Of a stretch of 36,768 nucleotides of DNA, positions 9,077 to 16,819 are shown piece after piece. Within the stretch, counting starts at the first letter, position 1. Every line of letters begins with the position of its first letter. The notes under the pieces are model-generated. The model had not been told where the DNA came from. It did not search any database and saw only the letters and a program-made list of their open reading frames with translations. The position numbers were made by a program, and so were the translations under genes. The stretch covers positions 1-36,768 of the IMG/VR virus record IMGVR_UViG_3300050132_000219. One strand, given 5' to 3'. Source of the stretch: a virus (Duplodnaviria; Caudoviricetes).

Positions 9077-10096
9077 TTATGCGCCTGCGGTGCTGTAGAA
9101 AGCCCGAGGGTCGGTCCATCCTTCGATGTAACGCTCGGTGGCTTTGTAGCGAACGCTGTCGGTCTCGAAGTCGCCTTCCATGCTCTTGGCCAACTTAGTG
9201 CGCACAATGAGCTTGAGCCCTTCAGGCGCATCGGTCTTGATACCCCACTGGGTGGCAGAAGTCATCCGGGACAACACAGCGGCCTCAGCGTCCAGCGAGC
9301 CCATGCTCTTCACCGGGTTGATGTCGTTGTTGGCCGTGCCCGAGCGCAGTACCGATTTCAGCAGCACCTCAGCCTGGAACGTGTTGTCCGGGCTGATGAC
9401 CAGCTTCTGCGGGGTCAGGCGAATCTTCTTGCCGTTGTTGTCCACGGCCTTGCGGACCTGGATCAACATCTGCTCGAGGGACGTCTGGCTCAGCGCAGCG
9501 GCTGTGGACAGAATGTTGCTGAACGTGCCGTTGATGATCGGGTGGCTCGCGCTGCCCAAGCACACACCGTCACCACCCAGGTACGAGCTGTTATACGCAC
9601 GGTTGATCACGTTGGCGGTGCGGGTTTCCTTGGTCTCAATCAGCGACTGGGCCAGGTGCTTGCTGAACGTGGAGCCGATGCTGATGTGGTCACCATCGTC
9701 AACCAAGATCTTGGTCAGTGCAAACGCAAGGCCGAAGACCTTGTAGTTGTAACGCTTGGTGAAGAGAATACCACCTTGCTGGTACGTGACGGGCATGCCA
9801 TCAGGCAACTCAGGGGCGGCACCAAAGCCATAACCCACGGGTTCCTCAAAGTAGGCACGCTGAATTGTGGCAAACGACTCAGTAAAGACCTGCTTCCACT
9901 CGTCCTTGCGGAGGTCATAGATGCCGTCAAAGTACTGATTCAGGATTGGCTCAACGATGGGCCGGAAGTCTGTGCTGCGCATTGGTGCAGCACAGGCAAC
10001 CATGCCCATGTTTGTCATGTACCCAAAGAGGGCACTGTTGAGCTTTTGACCGAGTCCAACGACCAGGCCGATGATGAAGGAGAATAGTGTTTTCAT
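9077..10096 (-). CDS. Major capsid protein (HK97 fold, Mu gpT-like family)
   Basis: Motifs GFGAAPE..DG.PV.Y, LAQS..ETKE...ANV.N, GGDGV.L.S..HP, P.KLVI.P and DFETD...YKA.ERY..GW.DPR. Strong SD AAAGGAG before ATG 10096. Confidence 0.9.
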   Translation of the reverse strand: MKTLFSFIIGLVVGLGQKLNSALFGYMTNMGMVACAAPMRSTDFRPIVEPILNQYFDGIYDLRKDEWKQVFTESFATIQRAYFEEPVGYGFGAAPELPDGMPVTYQQGGILFTKRYNYKVFGLAFALTKILVDDGDHISIGSTFSKHLAQSLIETKETRTANVINRAYNSSYLGGDGVCLGSASHPIINGTFSNILSTAAALSQTSLEQMLIQVRKAVDNNGKKIRLTPQKLVISPDNTFQAEVLLKSVLRSGTANNDINPVKSMGSLDAEAAVLSRMTSATQWGIKTDAPEGLKLIVRTKLAKSMEGDFETDSVRYKATERYIEGWTDPRAFYSTAGA

Positions 10097-10109
10097 GAGA
10101 GTTTCTCCT

Positions 10110-10697
10110 TTACACTGCGGTTGTTGCGGCACGGAGCTGCGTATTGGCCAGCGTCACGCGGAGGATGGGATACAAGTCCGTAATGGCATTGTCAGGCGCG
10201 AGGCCGACGCCAATGATGCGGAATTGCTTTTGAGACCCGGCACCAGCCATTGCGGCAGTGTTCAGGTTGCAAGCTGACAAGCCCGTGGAGGTCGAACCCG
10301 CCACATAGGTGATGTCAGCTTCGTCTCCGATGAAGGCCATCGCGGTCGCCAGTGTGGCGCTGAGTTGGCCCACGGCCTGAATCTCGTACACGATGTTGGG
10401 GTCGTCGTACACATAGCAACGAATCTCAGAACCCGACTGCACCGACTGCGAAGCCGGATAGAAGTTGCTCAAGGTTGGCTTGCCTGTGGAATCAACGTAC
10501 TCGCATCCAGCAAACACGCCCATAAGGGCTGACGCGGCGGCGCCAACAGTAACAGTACCGTTGGAGTTGAGGATGACGGGGTCGCCTTTGAAAATGGCGG
10601 TGTTGTAAGTGGGGTTGATCGTGTACATGTTTGCACGATCCAGCCCACTGGGGTGATAGACAGGTACAAGACCCATCGCTGCTGCGGTTGCGCCCAT
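10110..10697 (-). CDS. Capsid-associated (decoration/cement-like) protein
   Basis: IFKGDPV...GVFAGC.Y...VYDDP...YEIQ pattern, immediately upstream of the capsid gene. Confidence 0.7.
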   Translation of the reverse strand: MGATAAAMGLVPVYHPSGLDRANMYTINPTYNTAIFKGDPVILNSNGTVTVGAAASALMGVFAGCEYVDSTGKPTLSNFYPASQSVQSGSEIRCYVYDDPNIVYEIQAVGQLSATLATAMAFIGDEADITYVAGSTSTGLSACNLNTAAMAGAGSQKQFRIIGVGLAPDNAITDLYPILRVTLANTQLRAATTAV

Positions 10698-10819
10698 AGT
10701 GAGTGCTCCTTATAAAGATGATGAACTACAAACAAGGTGTTTCCACCAAACTTGCGGGCCAACAAATCGACACAAGGAGCCTACAGGCTCAACTTAGCAA
10801 TTTTCAGACTCGATTTTCT

Positions 10820-10884
10820 AGCACTTTAACCCTGCTATTACAGCGGGTATTAAAGTGCTTTTTGAAAGTGAATAAATTATAACC
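10820..10884 (-). promoter_or_regulatory. Putative late promoter (-10 TATAAT at 10876-10881) followed by an inverted repeat
   Basis: Minus strand GGTTATAAT. Arms AGCACTTTAA (10820-10829) and TTAAAGTGCT (10850-10859). Confidence 0.5.
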
Positions 10885-10889
10885 CTGAG

Positions 10890-11450
10890 CTAACTGAAGT
10901 GGGGCACTTTATTTTTAAGCGCCGCAATTTCGCGTTCCATGGCCGCTGCGCCGTCGTCTGCGTCGGTCAGGCGTTCACCCTGCTGGTTGAACTTGCCCAC
11001 CACCCCTTCTTCTTCCTGCATGGGCTTGGTGTGGTGGAAGAACTTCATAATGGCCTGATAGCGCGAGTCAGCAATCTTGCCCAGCACCATCTCATTACAG
11101 GTGATTAGGCCGTCATAGCCAGTGAGCGACTGCCCATTGCTGGCGTCGAAGCCGGGCAACTCCGACTGGCGCACCAGGACATAACCCAGCCGCTGGCGCT
11201 TCTGGATGCTGTCATAGGAGGATGCGGTCGTGAGCCAGCACACGTGGAAGCCTGGGATCAGGGGCGCGGTGGGTAGTGCCGACTGATCAAACTCGTCTTG
11301 CAGGTACTTTTCAAAGTCCGCGTCGGACTCCAGCCCTGAACCGTCGCGCCCGGAGTCTTGCTCAGCGCCCCGGTCGCCGCGTACTTCGGGAGCGCCACCA
11401 ATCTTGGTGCGCTCGTCTTCTTGAATCACTGGTTTTGCTGCTGTTGCCAT
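10890..11450 (-). CDS. Head morphogenesis region protein
   Basis: SD AAAGGGG before ATG 11450. PGFH.CWL...RLGY pattern; lies between scaffold and capsid genes. Confidence 0.7.
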   Translation of the reverse strand: MATAAKPVIQEDERTKIGGAPEVRGDRGAEQDSGRDGSGLESDADFEKYLQDEFDQSALPTAPLIPGFHVCWLTTASSYDSIQKRQRLGYVLVRQSELPGFDASNGQSLTGYDGLITCNEMVLGKIADSRYQAIMKFFHHTKPMQEEEGVVGKFNQQGERLTDADDGAAAMEREIAALKNKVPHFS

Positions 11451-11457
11451 GGTGTGT

Positions 11458-12387
11458 TTACCCCTTTGCATTTTGTTTGTCGAAATTGCGATAAGACTTG
11501 ATCATCTTGGTGCGGGTCACGGGGTCATCCCACATGCCAGCAGACTTGATAGCGGCTACGCGCTCGGGCGAGAGCTGGAACACGCCGCCTTGGTCAGATG
11601 ACCCAGAAGAACGGTTGCTGCCTGAGACCGGATTGCCGGACCGTGACGGAGGAGCTTTGTTGAGCCTGTGTGGAAGGTACTTCTCGGCACGCTTGTTCAG
11701 CTCAACCCAGTAACTGTCGTCGGTTGGATCCCAGCCTTCAGCGGTCAGTGAGTTGTCAAGAGCGGTCAGCACCTTTGAGTCTGGATCAGCGCTGGTAGGT
11801 CCACCATACCAGGTGTTCTTGCTCATGAACGCTTGTGACTTACTGACCAACGACGGGTTCAGCGGCTTGGGTGCATTCAGTGCTCGGGTGGCGTTAACTT
11901 TGAAGTCTGAAAGCTCCTTTGCACGGGTGCGGGAAGCGATCATGTATTCAGTGGCTTCCGCCAGCGTCTTGCCATCATTGCGACTAGCGGCCTGGGCGAT
12001 GACGTTCTTGAAGTGCTCTGCTGCCTGGTTCGCCTGATTGATGGCGGCATCCACCTGAGCCAACTGACTGCCCGCGCTTGTGCTCTGAATTGTAGACATC
12101 TGCTGTTGCAGTGTCTGGTTCTGAGCAGTGAGCGCTTGCAGGTTGCGTTCCAGGGTTTCCACACGCTCACGGTTGCGCTGGCTGCGGGACTTGCGCTCGT
12201 TCTTACGCCGGGCACGAATCTCCTCACGCTCGGTGTCGTTCTCGGCGGCTTCCAGCTCTTCGTCAACCTTGGCAGTGGCCTCGTCGTCGCCTTCTGGCGA
12301 GTCCGTTACGACGGTCTCGTCTACTCCGTCTAGCGGGTCATCGTGTTCGAGTTCGGCTTCGTTCTCTTTGTCTTTTGGGTCTGTCAT
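11458..12387 (-). CDS. Capsid scaffolding protein
   Basis: Acidic N-terminus, long coiled coil, Ser/Gly linker and C-terminal LSPERVAAIK.AG helix. Confidence 0.75.
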   Translation of the reverse strand: MTDPKDKENEAELEHDDPLDGVDETVVTDSPEGDDEATAKVDEELEAAENDTEREEIRARRKNERKSRSQRNRERVETLERNLQALTAQNQTLQQQMSTIQSTSAGSQLAQVDAAINQANQAAEHFKNVIAQAASRNDGKTLAEATEYMIASRTRAKELSDFKVNATRALNAPKPLNPSLVSKSQAFMSKNTWYGGPTSADPDSKVLTALDNSLTAEGWDPTDDSYWVELNKRAEKYLPHRLNKAPPSRSGNPVSGSNRSSGSSDQGGVFQLSPERVAAIKSAGMWDDPVTRTKMIKSYRNFDKQNAKG

Positions 12388-12398
12388 GTTGAGGCTCC

Positions 12399-12842
12399 TT
12401 AAACCATGTGGGCGCGTACCTTGCGGACGTCGCCAGTGTATTTGCCGATCAGGTCACCGTCGCTCATGATGGCAAGCATGATTGGTTCGAGGCCGTCGGC
12501 CATATCAACCGTCCACCTCTCGCCTCCCCACCGGCTGACCTTTACATAATCCCCAACGCCCGCCCAGATCCCCTCTGGCCACGGTTCGCCGGTGGCGCGG
12601 TTCTTGAAGGCTAAGGGGCCAACCGCGACCACAAGGGCGATGGTTGAGTTGTAGGCTTCGGTTTCCTTGACTTCTTTGGGCAAATAGATGCCACCAGAAG
12701 TCTTGCTGACCACGCGCCGTAATTGGACCACTACGCGGTGTCCGAAGGGCACGAATTCAGGGTCAATGGGAGGAAACATTTCTTCAAGTGACTTGTCAGC
12801 CACTGAGAGACCTTGGCCGTAGGGATTGATAACTTCTGGCAT
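12399..12842 (-). CDS. GroES-like co-chaperonin
   Basis: PFGHRVVV...KTSGGIYLP...VVAVGP...VGDYV...DLIG matches the Cpn10 pattern. Confidence 0.88.
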   Translation of the reverse strand: MPEVINPYGQGLSVADKSLEEMFPPIDPEFVPFGHRVVVQLRRVVSKTSGGIYLPKEVKETEAYNSTIALVVAVGPLAFKNRATGEPWPEGIWAGVGDYVKVSRWGGERWTVDMADGLEPIMLAIMSDGDLIGKYTGDVRKVRAHMV

Positions 12843-13138
12843 TATTTAACTCCTTTAGGGTTACGTTTCTTGGGCCACGCTTTGAGCTGCACGCGCTTGA
12901 CTGGAAATGGCTCCTTAGCCTTCTTGCATAGGGCCACAAACTTTGTTTCAATGTAGTTAGGTCGACCGACCTTCACAACGAAGTCACCCCACAGATTGCG
13001 CTTGCTGAATTTGTGGCGTCTGCAAATCGAGATCACCAACTTTGGGTCTGCATAGTAAGTGGCCCGACGCATATCAGTGTTGTCAAGCAGCGATCGCATA
13101 ACTTGTGCGACAAGCATGGGGATAGATAGGTCTTTCAT
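12842..13138 (-). CDS. Basic hypothetical protein
   Basis: Start and stop overlap both neighbours. Confidence 0.7.
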   Translation of the reverse strand: MKDLSIPMLVAQVMRSLLDNTDMRRATYYADPKLVISICRRHKFSKRNLWGDFVVKVGRPNYIETKFVALCKKAKEPFPVKRVQLKAWPKKRNPKGVK

Positions 13139-13368
13139 ACCAATTCCCAGTCATCGGCCAGCATGTCTGTCTGACTAGCAAGCCAAGGCACGCGAGCACC
13201 AGGAGTGTTCTGCGCATTGTCCGGGTAACTCATGAAGATGTAGGGCATGGTCATCTTGCTATTGGCGTCGGGCACTTGTAGCTCAAGCCACAACCCTTTA
13301 CCATTCCACCCACTGCGAGACACTTTCATGCCCGCTTTTAGCGCGTTGAGCGCGGAACCGAAGTCCAT
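13135..13368 (-). CDS. DUF2829 / Tad2-like anti-defence sponge protein
   Basis: SD GGAG before ATG 13368. MDFGSALNALKAG.KV.R.GWNGKG...PWLASQTDMLADDW. Confidence 0.82.
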   Translation of the reverse strand: MDFGSALNALKAGMKVSRSGWNGKGLWLELQVPDANSKMTMPYIFMSYPDNAQNTPGARVPWLASQTDMLADDWELV

Positions 13369-13428
13369 AAATCGTTCTCCAAACAGAACCGCCCAGATAT
13401 GGCCGCTGGGCACTCGGCATGCGACGAA

Positions 13429-13608
13429 CTACTCGTCGTGTTCAAGCCCTGCCATCGCCGTCTTGACGATGTTTATCAGGGCGTCCAATTCTATGTACGC
13501 ACCAAGTCTCTGTTTAAAGCTCGGCCAGTCAGAAGGAGGGCTATCGAAGACACTTAACGCCATTTCGGCGCGTCGTTCGATAAGCTGCTTGTAGATCTTT
13601 TCCAGCAT
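13429..13608 (-). CDS. 59-aa hypothetical protein (not in ORF track)
   Basis: MLEKIYKQLIERRAEMALSVFDSPPSDWPSFKQRLGAYIELDALINIVKTAMAGLEHDE*. Confidence 0.7.
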   Translation of the reverse strand: MLEKIYKQLIERRAEMALSVFDSPPSDWPSFKQRLGAYIELDALINIVKTAMAGLEHDE

Positions 13609-13614
13609 TGTCAG

Positions 13615-13725
13615 TTACTGCGGGCTAAGTACCCGGCGCAGATTCTGAACCCACTGAGGCTTGGCATTGTACTGAATCTCCAGTATCAACTCCAGGATTG
13701 CAAGTTGAATAGCGTGTGGCCGCAT
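13615..13725 (-). CDS. 36-aa hypothetical peptide (not in ORF track)
   Basis: TGATG overlap with the upstream stop. MRPHAIQLAILELILEIQYNAKPQWVQNLRRVLSPQ*. Confidence 0.5.
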   Translation of the reverse strand: MRPHAIQLAILELILEIQYNAKPQWVQNLRRVLSPQ

Positions 13726-13967
13726 CAGCACTTCCCGCCCTTCTTGAACCCGGGCACGCCGTTGCTGCGTTTGGCCATCTCCAGCGGGGTATCCTTCTTG
13801 CCCGACTTCAGGAAAGGCACTCGCCCGCCGAAGGCCATTTCCTTCTTGTCGTGGGCTTCTTCCTTCTTGGAGCCTTCCTTGCCGTACTTGCCGGCACTGC
13901 CGCCGGACTTGAACGCAGGTTTCAGGCCCATGGCCATTTGCTTGTGCTGATTGATTGCTTGTGTCAT
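13725..13967 (-). CDS. Small Lys/Gly-rich protein with xxGG repeats (putative internal head protein)
   Basis: SD CAGGAG. Contains FKSGGSA, MAFGGRV and FKKGGKC. Confidence 0.75.
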   Translation of the reverse strand: MTQAINQHKQMAMGLKPAFKSGGSAGKYGKEGSKKEEAHDKKEMAFGGRVPFLKSGKKDTPLEMAKRSNGVPGFKKGGKC

Positions 13968-13987
13968 GAAAATACTCCTGTAAAATT

Positions 13988-16798
13988 TTACTCGGTACCT
14001 ACAGATTCAACGGCCACGGTGTCACCATTGCTGTTCTTGACTGGTCGCGCTATGCGAGGGGCCTTGATCGTCTTATGCAAAGCCACAATCTCACCCTGCA
14101 GTTGCTGCAGCATGGCCTGAGTGTTCACTTGCATCTCATCAATTATAGGTTTCAGCACGGTGGCGGGGTCCATCGGCGGTTGCTGCATCGAGGCGGCTTG
14201 TGCCTTAAGAGTTTCCCCTAGCACCAGCAGCTGCGCGTCAATGTCCGCCTTCTGTTGCAGTAACGAAGCTTCAGTTTGAGCGGCCACTGCCTCGGAATAC
14301 TTCTTGTTGTCCGCTGCAAACTGCGCCATGGCTGTTTGAGTATCCAACGATTGCTTCTCAACCGCTGTGGCCATGACCGTGGCGCGATCGTTCTGGTCTT
14401 GCTCAGCTTGGAACTGCTCGCGCTCCAATGCCTGTTCAGCTTGCTTTATAGCGGTATCAAACTGACGCTTCTTCTCGTCTTCAGTCGCTTGAGCAGCAAA
14501 CTTCTGTGCGTCGGCCTTCAAGCGCAACTGTTCAAGTTGCTGCTGAGCTGCGAGTTGGGCTTGCGCAATGGCTTGTTGTCCAGCGAGCTGCGCCTGAATG
14601 GCAGGGTCAAGCGGGGGTTTGGGCGCGAACTTGCTGACGAGCTTCTGGGCTTGTTCAAGCGCGGGCATGATCATCGGCCCCAGCAACTGTGCCATCATCT
14701 TGTCGGCAAACGCCGAGCCCGTGGCCTCGGCCTGCGCACGGGTAATGGTGTTTCCCATAGCGGGGGCCATCAGTTCCATGGCGTCTGCTGCGCCGGAAGT
14801 GTGCTTCTTGTAGAAGCTCATCAGGTGGTCCTTCAGGTGCGTCATCATCGAAGGCCCATAGGCCAGCGTGCCTATCAGCGGGTTGGCCCCGAAGATGGGG
14901 CTGATCAGGAAGTGCAGGTGCGTCTCCAGGTGCGCAACATCATCCTGCTCAGCATACACCTTCAAAGGCGCAGGTTCTTCGCTGCAGATCATGTAGTTCT
15001 CATCCAACGCGCCCAGCCGCTTGGCGTCCTTGGGCAGGTTGGCCATGTCTTCAGCCGAACTGATCTGCAACAGGCGCAAAGCCCGTTGCAGCAGTCTATC
15101 GGGCCTGAAGAACGTGGCAAAGCGGGGGTTGTCGCTGAGCTGCATGACCGCTTGCAGCTGTGCGTAACGCTGTGCTTCGGAGAAGATGTTGGGGTCGGAC
15201 ACGGGAATGATGTCCATCGGCCCTTGGAAGTCCTGCCGCGACACAACCAGCGTGCCCAGCTCCTCAACGGTCTCCTGGTCGGTGATGTTCTCTGCGTCCA
15301 AGCGATGAAGTATCTCGAGTTCGCGTTTGAGAGATGCATGACAGCGCGCATGGATTGCAGAGAAGTTGACCGAACCGTGCTCGATGAGCGCCAGCGCAGT
15401 GCCCACAGGCATGTCAGCCCCTGCGTCCGCAATCTTCTCCGATGCGGTGGCGATGACGCCTTCGGCTTGTTGGGTGAGCCACTCCAGCAGGTTGAACAGC
15501 ACTGGCGACGGCCCGTTGAACGGGAACGGCATCACCAACTTGCGGATGTCGTCTACTCCTGCGGGCGCGTCAATCTCTGCAAGCTCAGTGGCGTTGACCT
15601 GTATCGATTGACCTGCTGTTCGTCCACCTTTAAGTTTGAGGCCTCCTGGAAAGTTAGATATATGCGCCGAGTCCATGAGCGCTCTGAGTGCGCCCGTTCC
15701 GCCTCCGGCGAGAGAGCCAATGAGGTGGAACAACCCGACTCCATAGGCTCCCCGCCAAGGTATGAAGTTATACTCGACCATCCAGTGCTTCTTGGCATAA
15801 GTGTCGTCTCCCTCGGCCCAATTGCGGTAGAGTCCCAGCACCCGCTGAGTATTAGTCTCTATGTGCAAAATGTAGGGGGCGGTGCGACCTGCGAAGGAGT
15901 CATCGTCTTCGAGGTCAAGGTCAACGTAGATTTGGTATATCTCGCGCTGGCCTTCGTCGTTGTAGGCGGCGGAGTCCTCCTCATTGCCTTCAACCTTGTC
16001 AGAGGCGACCTTGGACTTGCTGAGGTCAGAAAAGCCCTGCGTCGGTGCGGACAGGCTCAGGTCACGGTACAAACCCGAGTCGATGCGAGCTTCATACTCA
16101 CTGACTGAAACCCACTGGCGGTGCGTTACGCGGTAGCTGGTGTAGAAGTCAGACTGAGAGTAAGGCAAGAAGACGTCATCCACGTACACTGTCTCGGTGC
16201 GGGGACGTTCCAGCAGGTCATCCCACCACCAGCGTTTGTACTGCGAGCCTCCTAAGGGCAACTGAGAGAGTAGCCTTTCAAACTCGGCACGTTGTTCAGC
16301 CACCCGCGTGGTCAGCTGCCAGTTCATGTAGGTCTTCTTGCGCTCGGCCTTGTCTAGTTTGACGTCGTCCGCCTCACCGATGATCTGCGTCTTGCAGGGG
16401 CCGGTGGCCGGGAACAGCTCCTTGATGGCACGTGAGGCAAAGTCCACACAGCCTTTGGCCAGCATGGGGTGAACCGCGCGGCTGGCACCGTCAAACTGCG
16501 CTCCTCCGGGTGAGTCGTTGCCTAACCCGGTGCGCTTGATGCCTTCGGCGTACTGCTTGTCACGGGCTTCACGACTCTTGCGATCAGACTCTACGAGTTC
16601 AGCAACGTCTAAGCCTAGCCTGCCGAGCACGAATTCAGGCAGCGTTTCCGCCATGTTCTCACTGAATTCGGGCGTCTCCTGCGCTTCGTTGTCTTTAGTG
16701 CCTAAGTCCACCAATGCCGAGCCATCGTCCTGCTCAGTGACGGCATAGTCCTGCTCATCAGGAGCATATAACTCAGGTACAGTAGTGGTTTCAGGCAT
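13988..16798 (-). CDS. Portal protein with long C-terminal coiled coil
   Basis: Position after the terminase; HPML...F..RA..ELFP..GP and IIPVSDPNIFS..QR; Gln/Ala-rich C-terminal helix as in P22-type portals. Confidence 0.85.
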   Translation of the reverse strand: MPETTTVPELYAPDEQDYAVTEQDDGSALVDLGTKDNEAQETPEFSENMAETLPEFVLGRLGLDVAELVESDRKSREARDKQYAEGIKRTGLGNDSPGGAQFDGASRAVHPMLAKGCVDFASRAIKELFPATGPCKTQIIGEADDVKLDKAERKKTYMNWQLTTRVAEQRAEFERLLSQLPLGGSQYKRWWWDDLLERPRTETVYVDDVFLPYSQSDFYTSYRVTHRQWVSVSEYEARIDSGLYRDLSLSAPTQGFSDLSKSKVASDKVEGNEEDSAAYNDEGQREIYQIYVDLDLEDDDSFAGRTAPYILHIETNTQRVLGLYRNWAEGDDTYAKKHWMVEYNFIPWRGAYGVGLFHLIGSLAGGGTGALRALMDSAHISNFPGGLKLKGGRTAGQSIQVNATELAEIDAPAGVDDIRKLVMPFPFNGPSPVLFNLLEWLTQQAEGVIATASEKIADAGADMPVGTALALIEHGSVNFSAIHARCHASLKRELEILHRLDAENITDQETVEELGTLVVSRQDFQGPMDIIPVSDPNIFSEAQRYAQLQAVMQLSDNPRFATFFRPDRLLQRALRLLQISSAEDMANLPKDAKRLGALDENYMICSEEPAPLKVYAEQDDVAHLETHLHFLISPIFGANPLIGTLAYGPSMMTHLKDHLMSFYKKHTSGAADAMELMAPAMGNTITRAQAEATGSAFADKMMAQLLGPMIMPALEQAQKLVSKFAPKPPLDPAIQAQLAGQQAIAQAQLAAQQQLEQLRLKADAQKFAAQATEDEKKRQFDTAIKQAEQALEREQFQAEQDQNDRATVMATAVEKQSLDTQTAMAQFAADNKKYSEAVAAQTEASLLQQKADIDAQLLVLGETLKAQAASMQQPPMDPATVLKPIIDEMQVNTQAMLQQLQGEIVALHKTIKAPRIARPVKNSNGDTVAVESVGTE

Positions 16799-16819
16799 TG
16801 CGGTATCCTTTGGTTGGCA

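Noticed and set aside
14276-16108. 610-aa plus-strand ORF
   Set aside because: It is antisense to the portal gene with no recognisable motifs; a shadow of codon bias.
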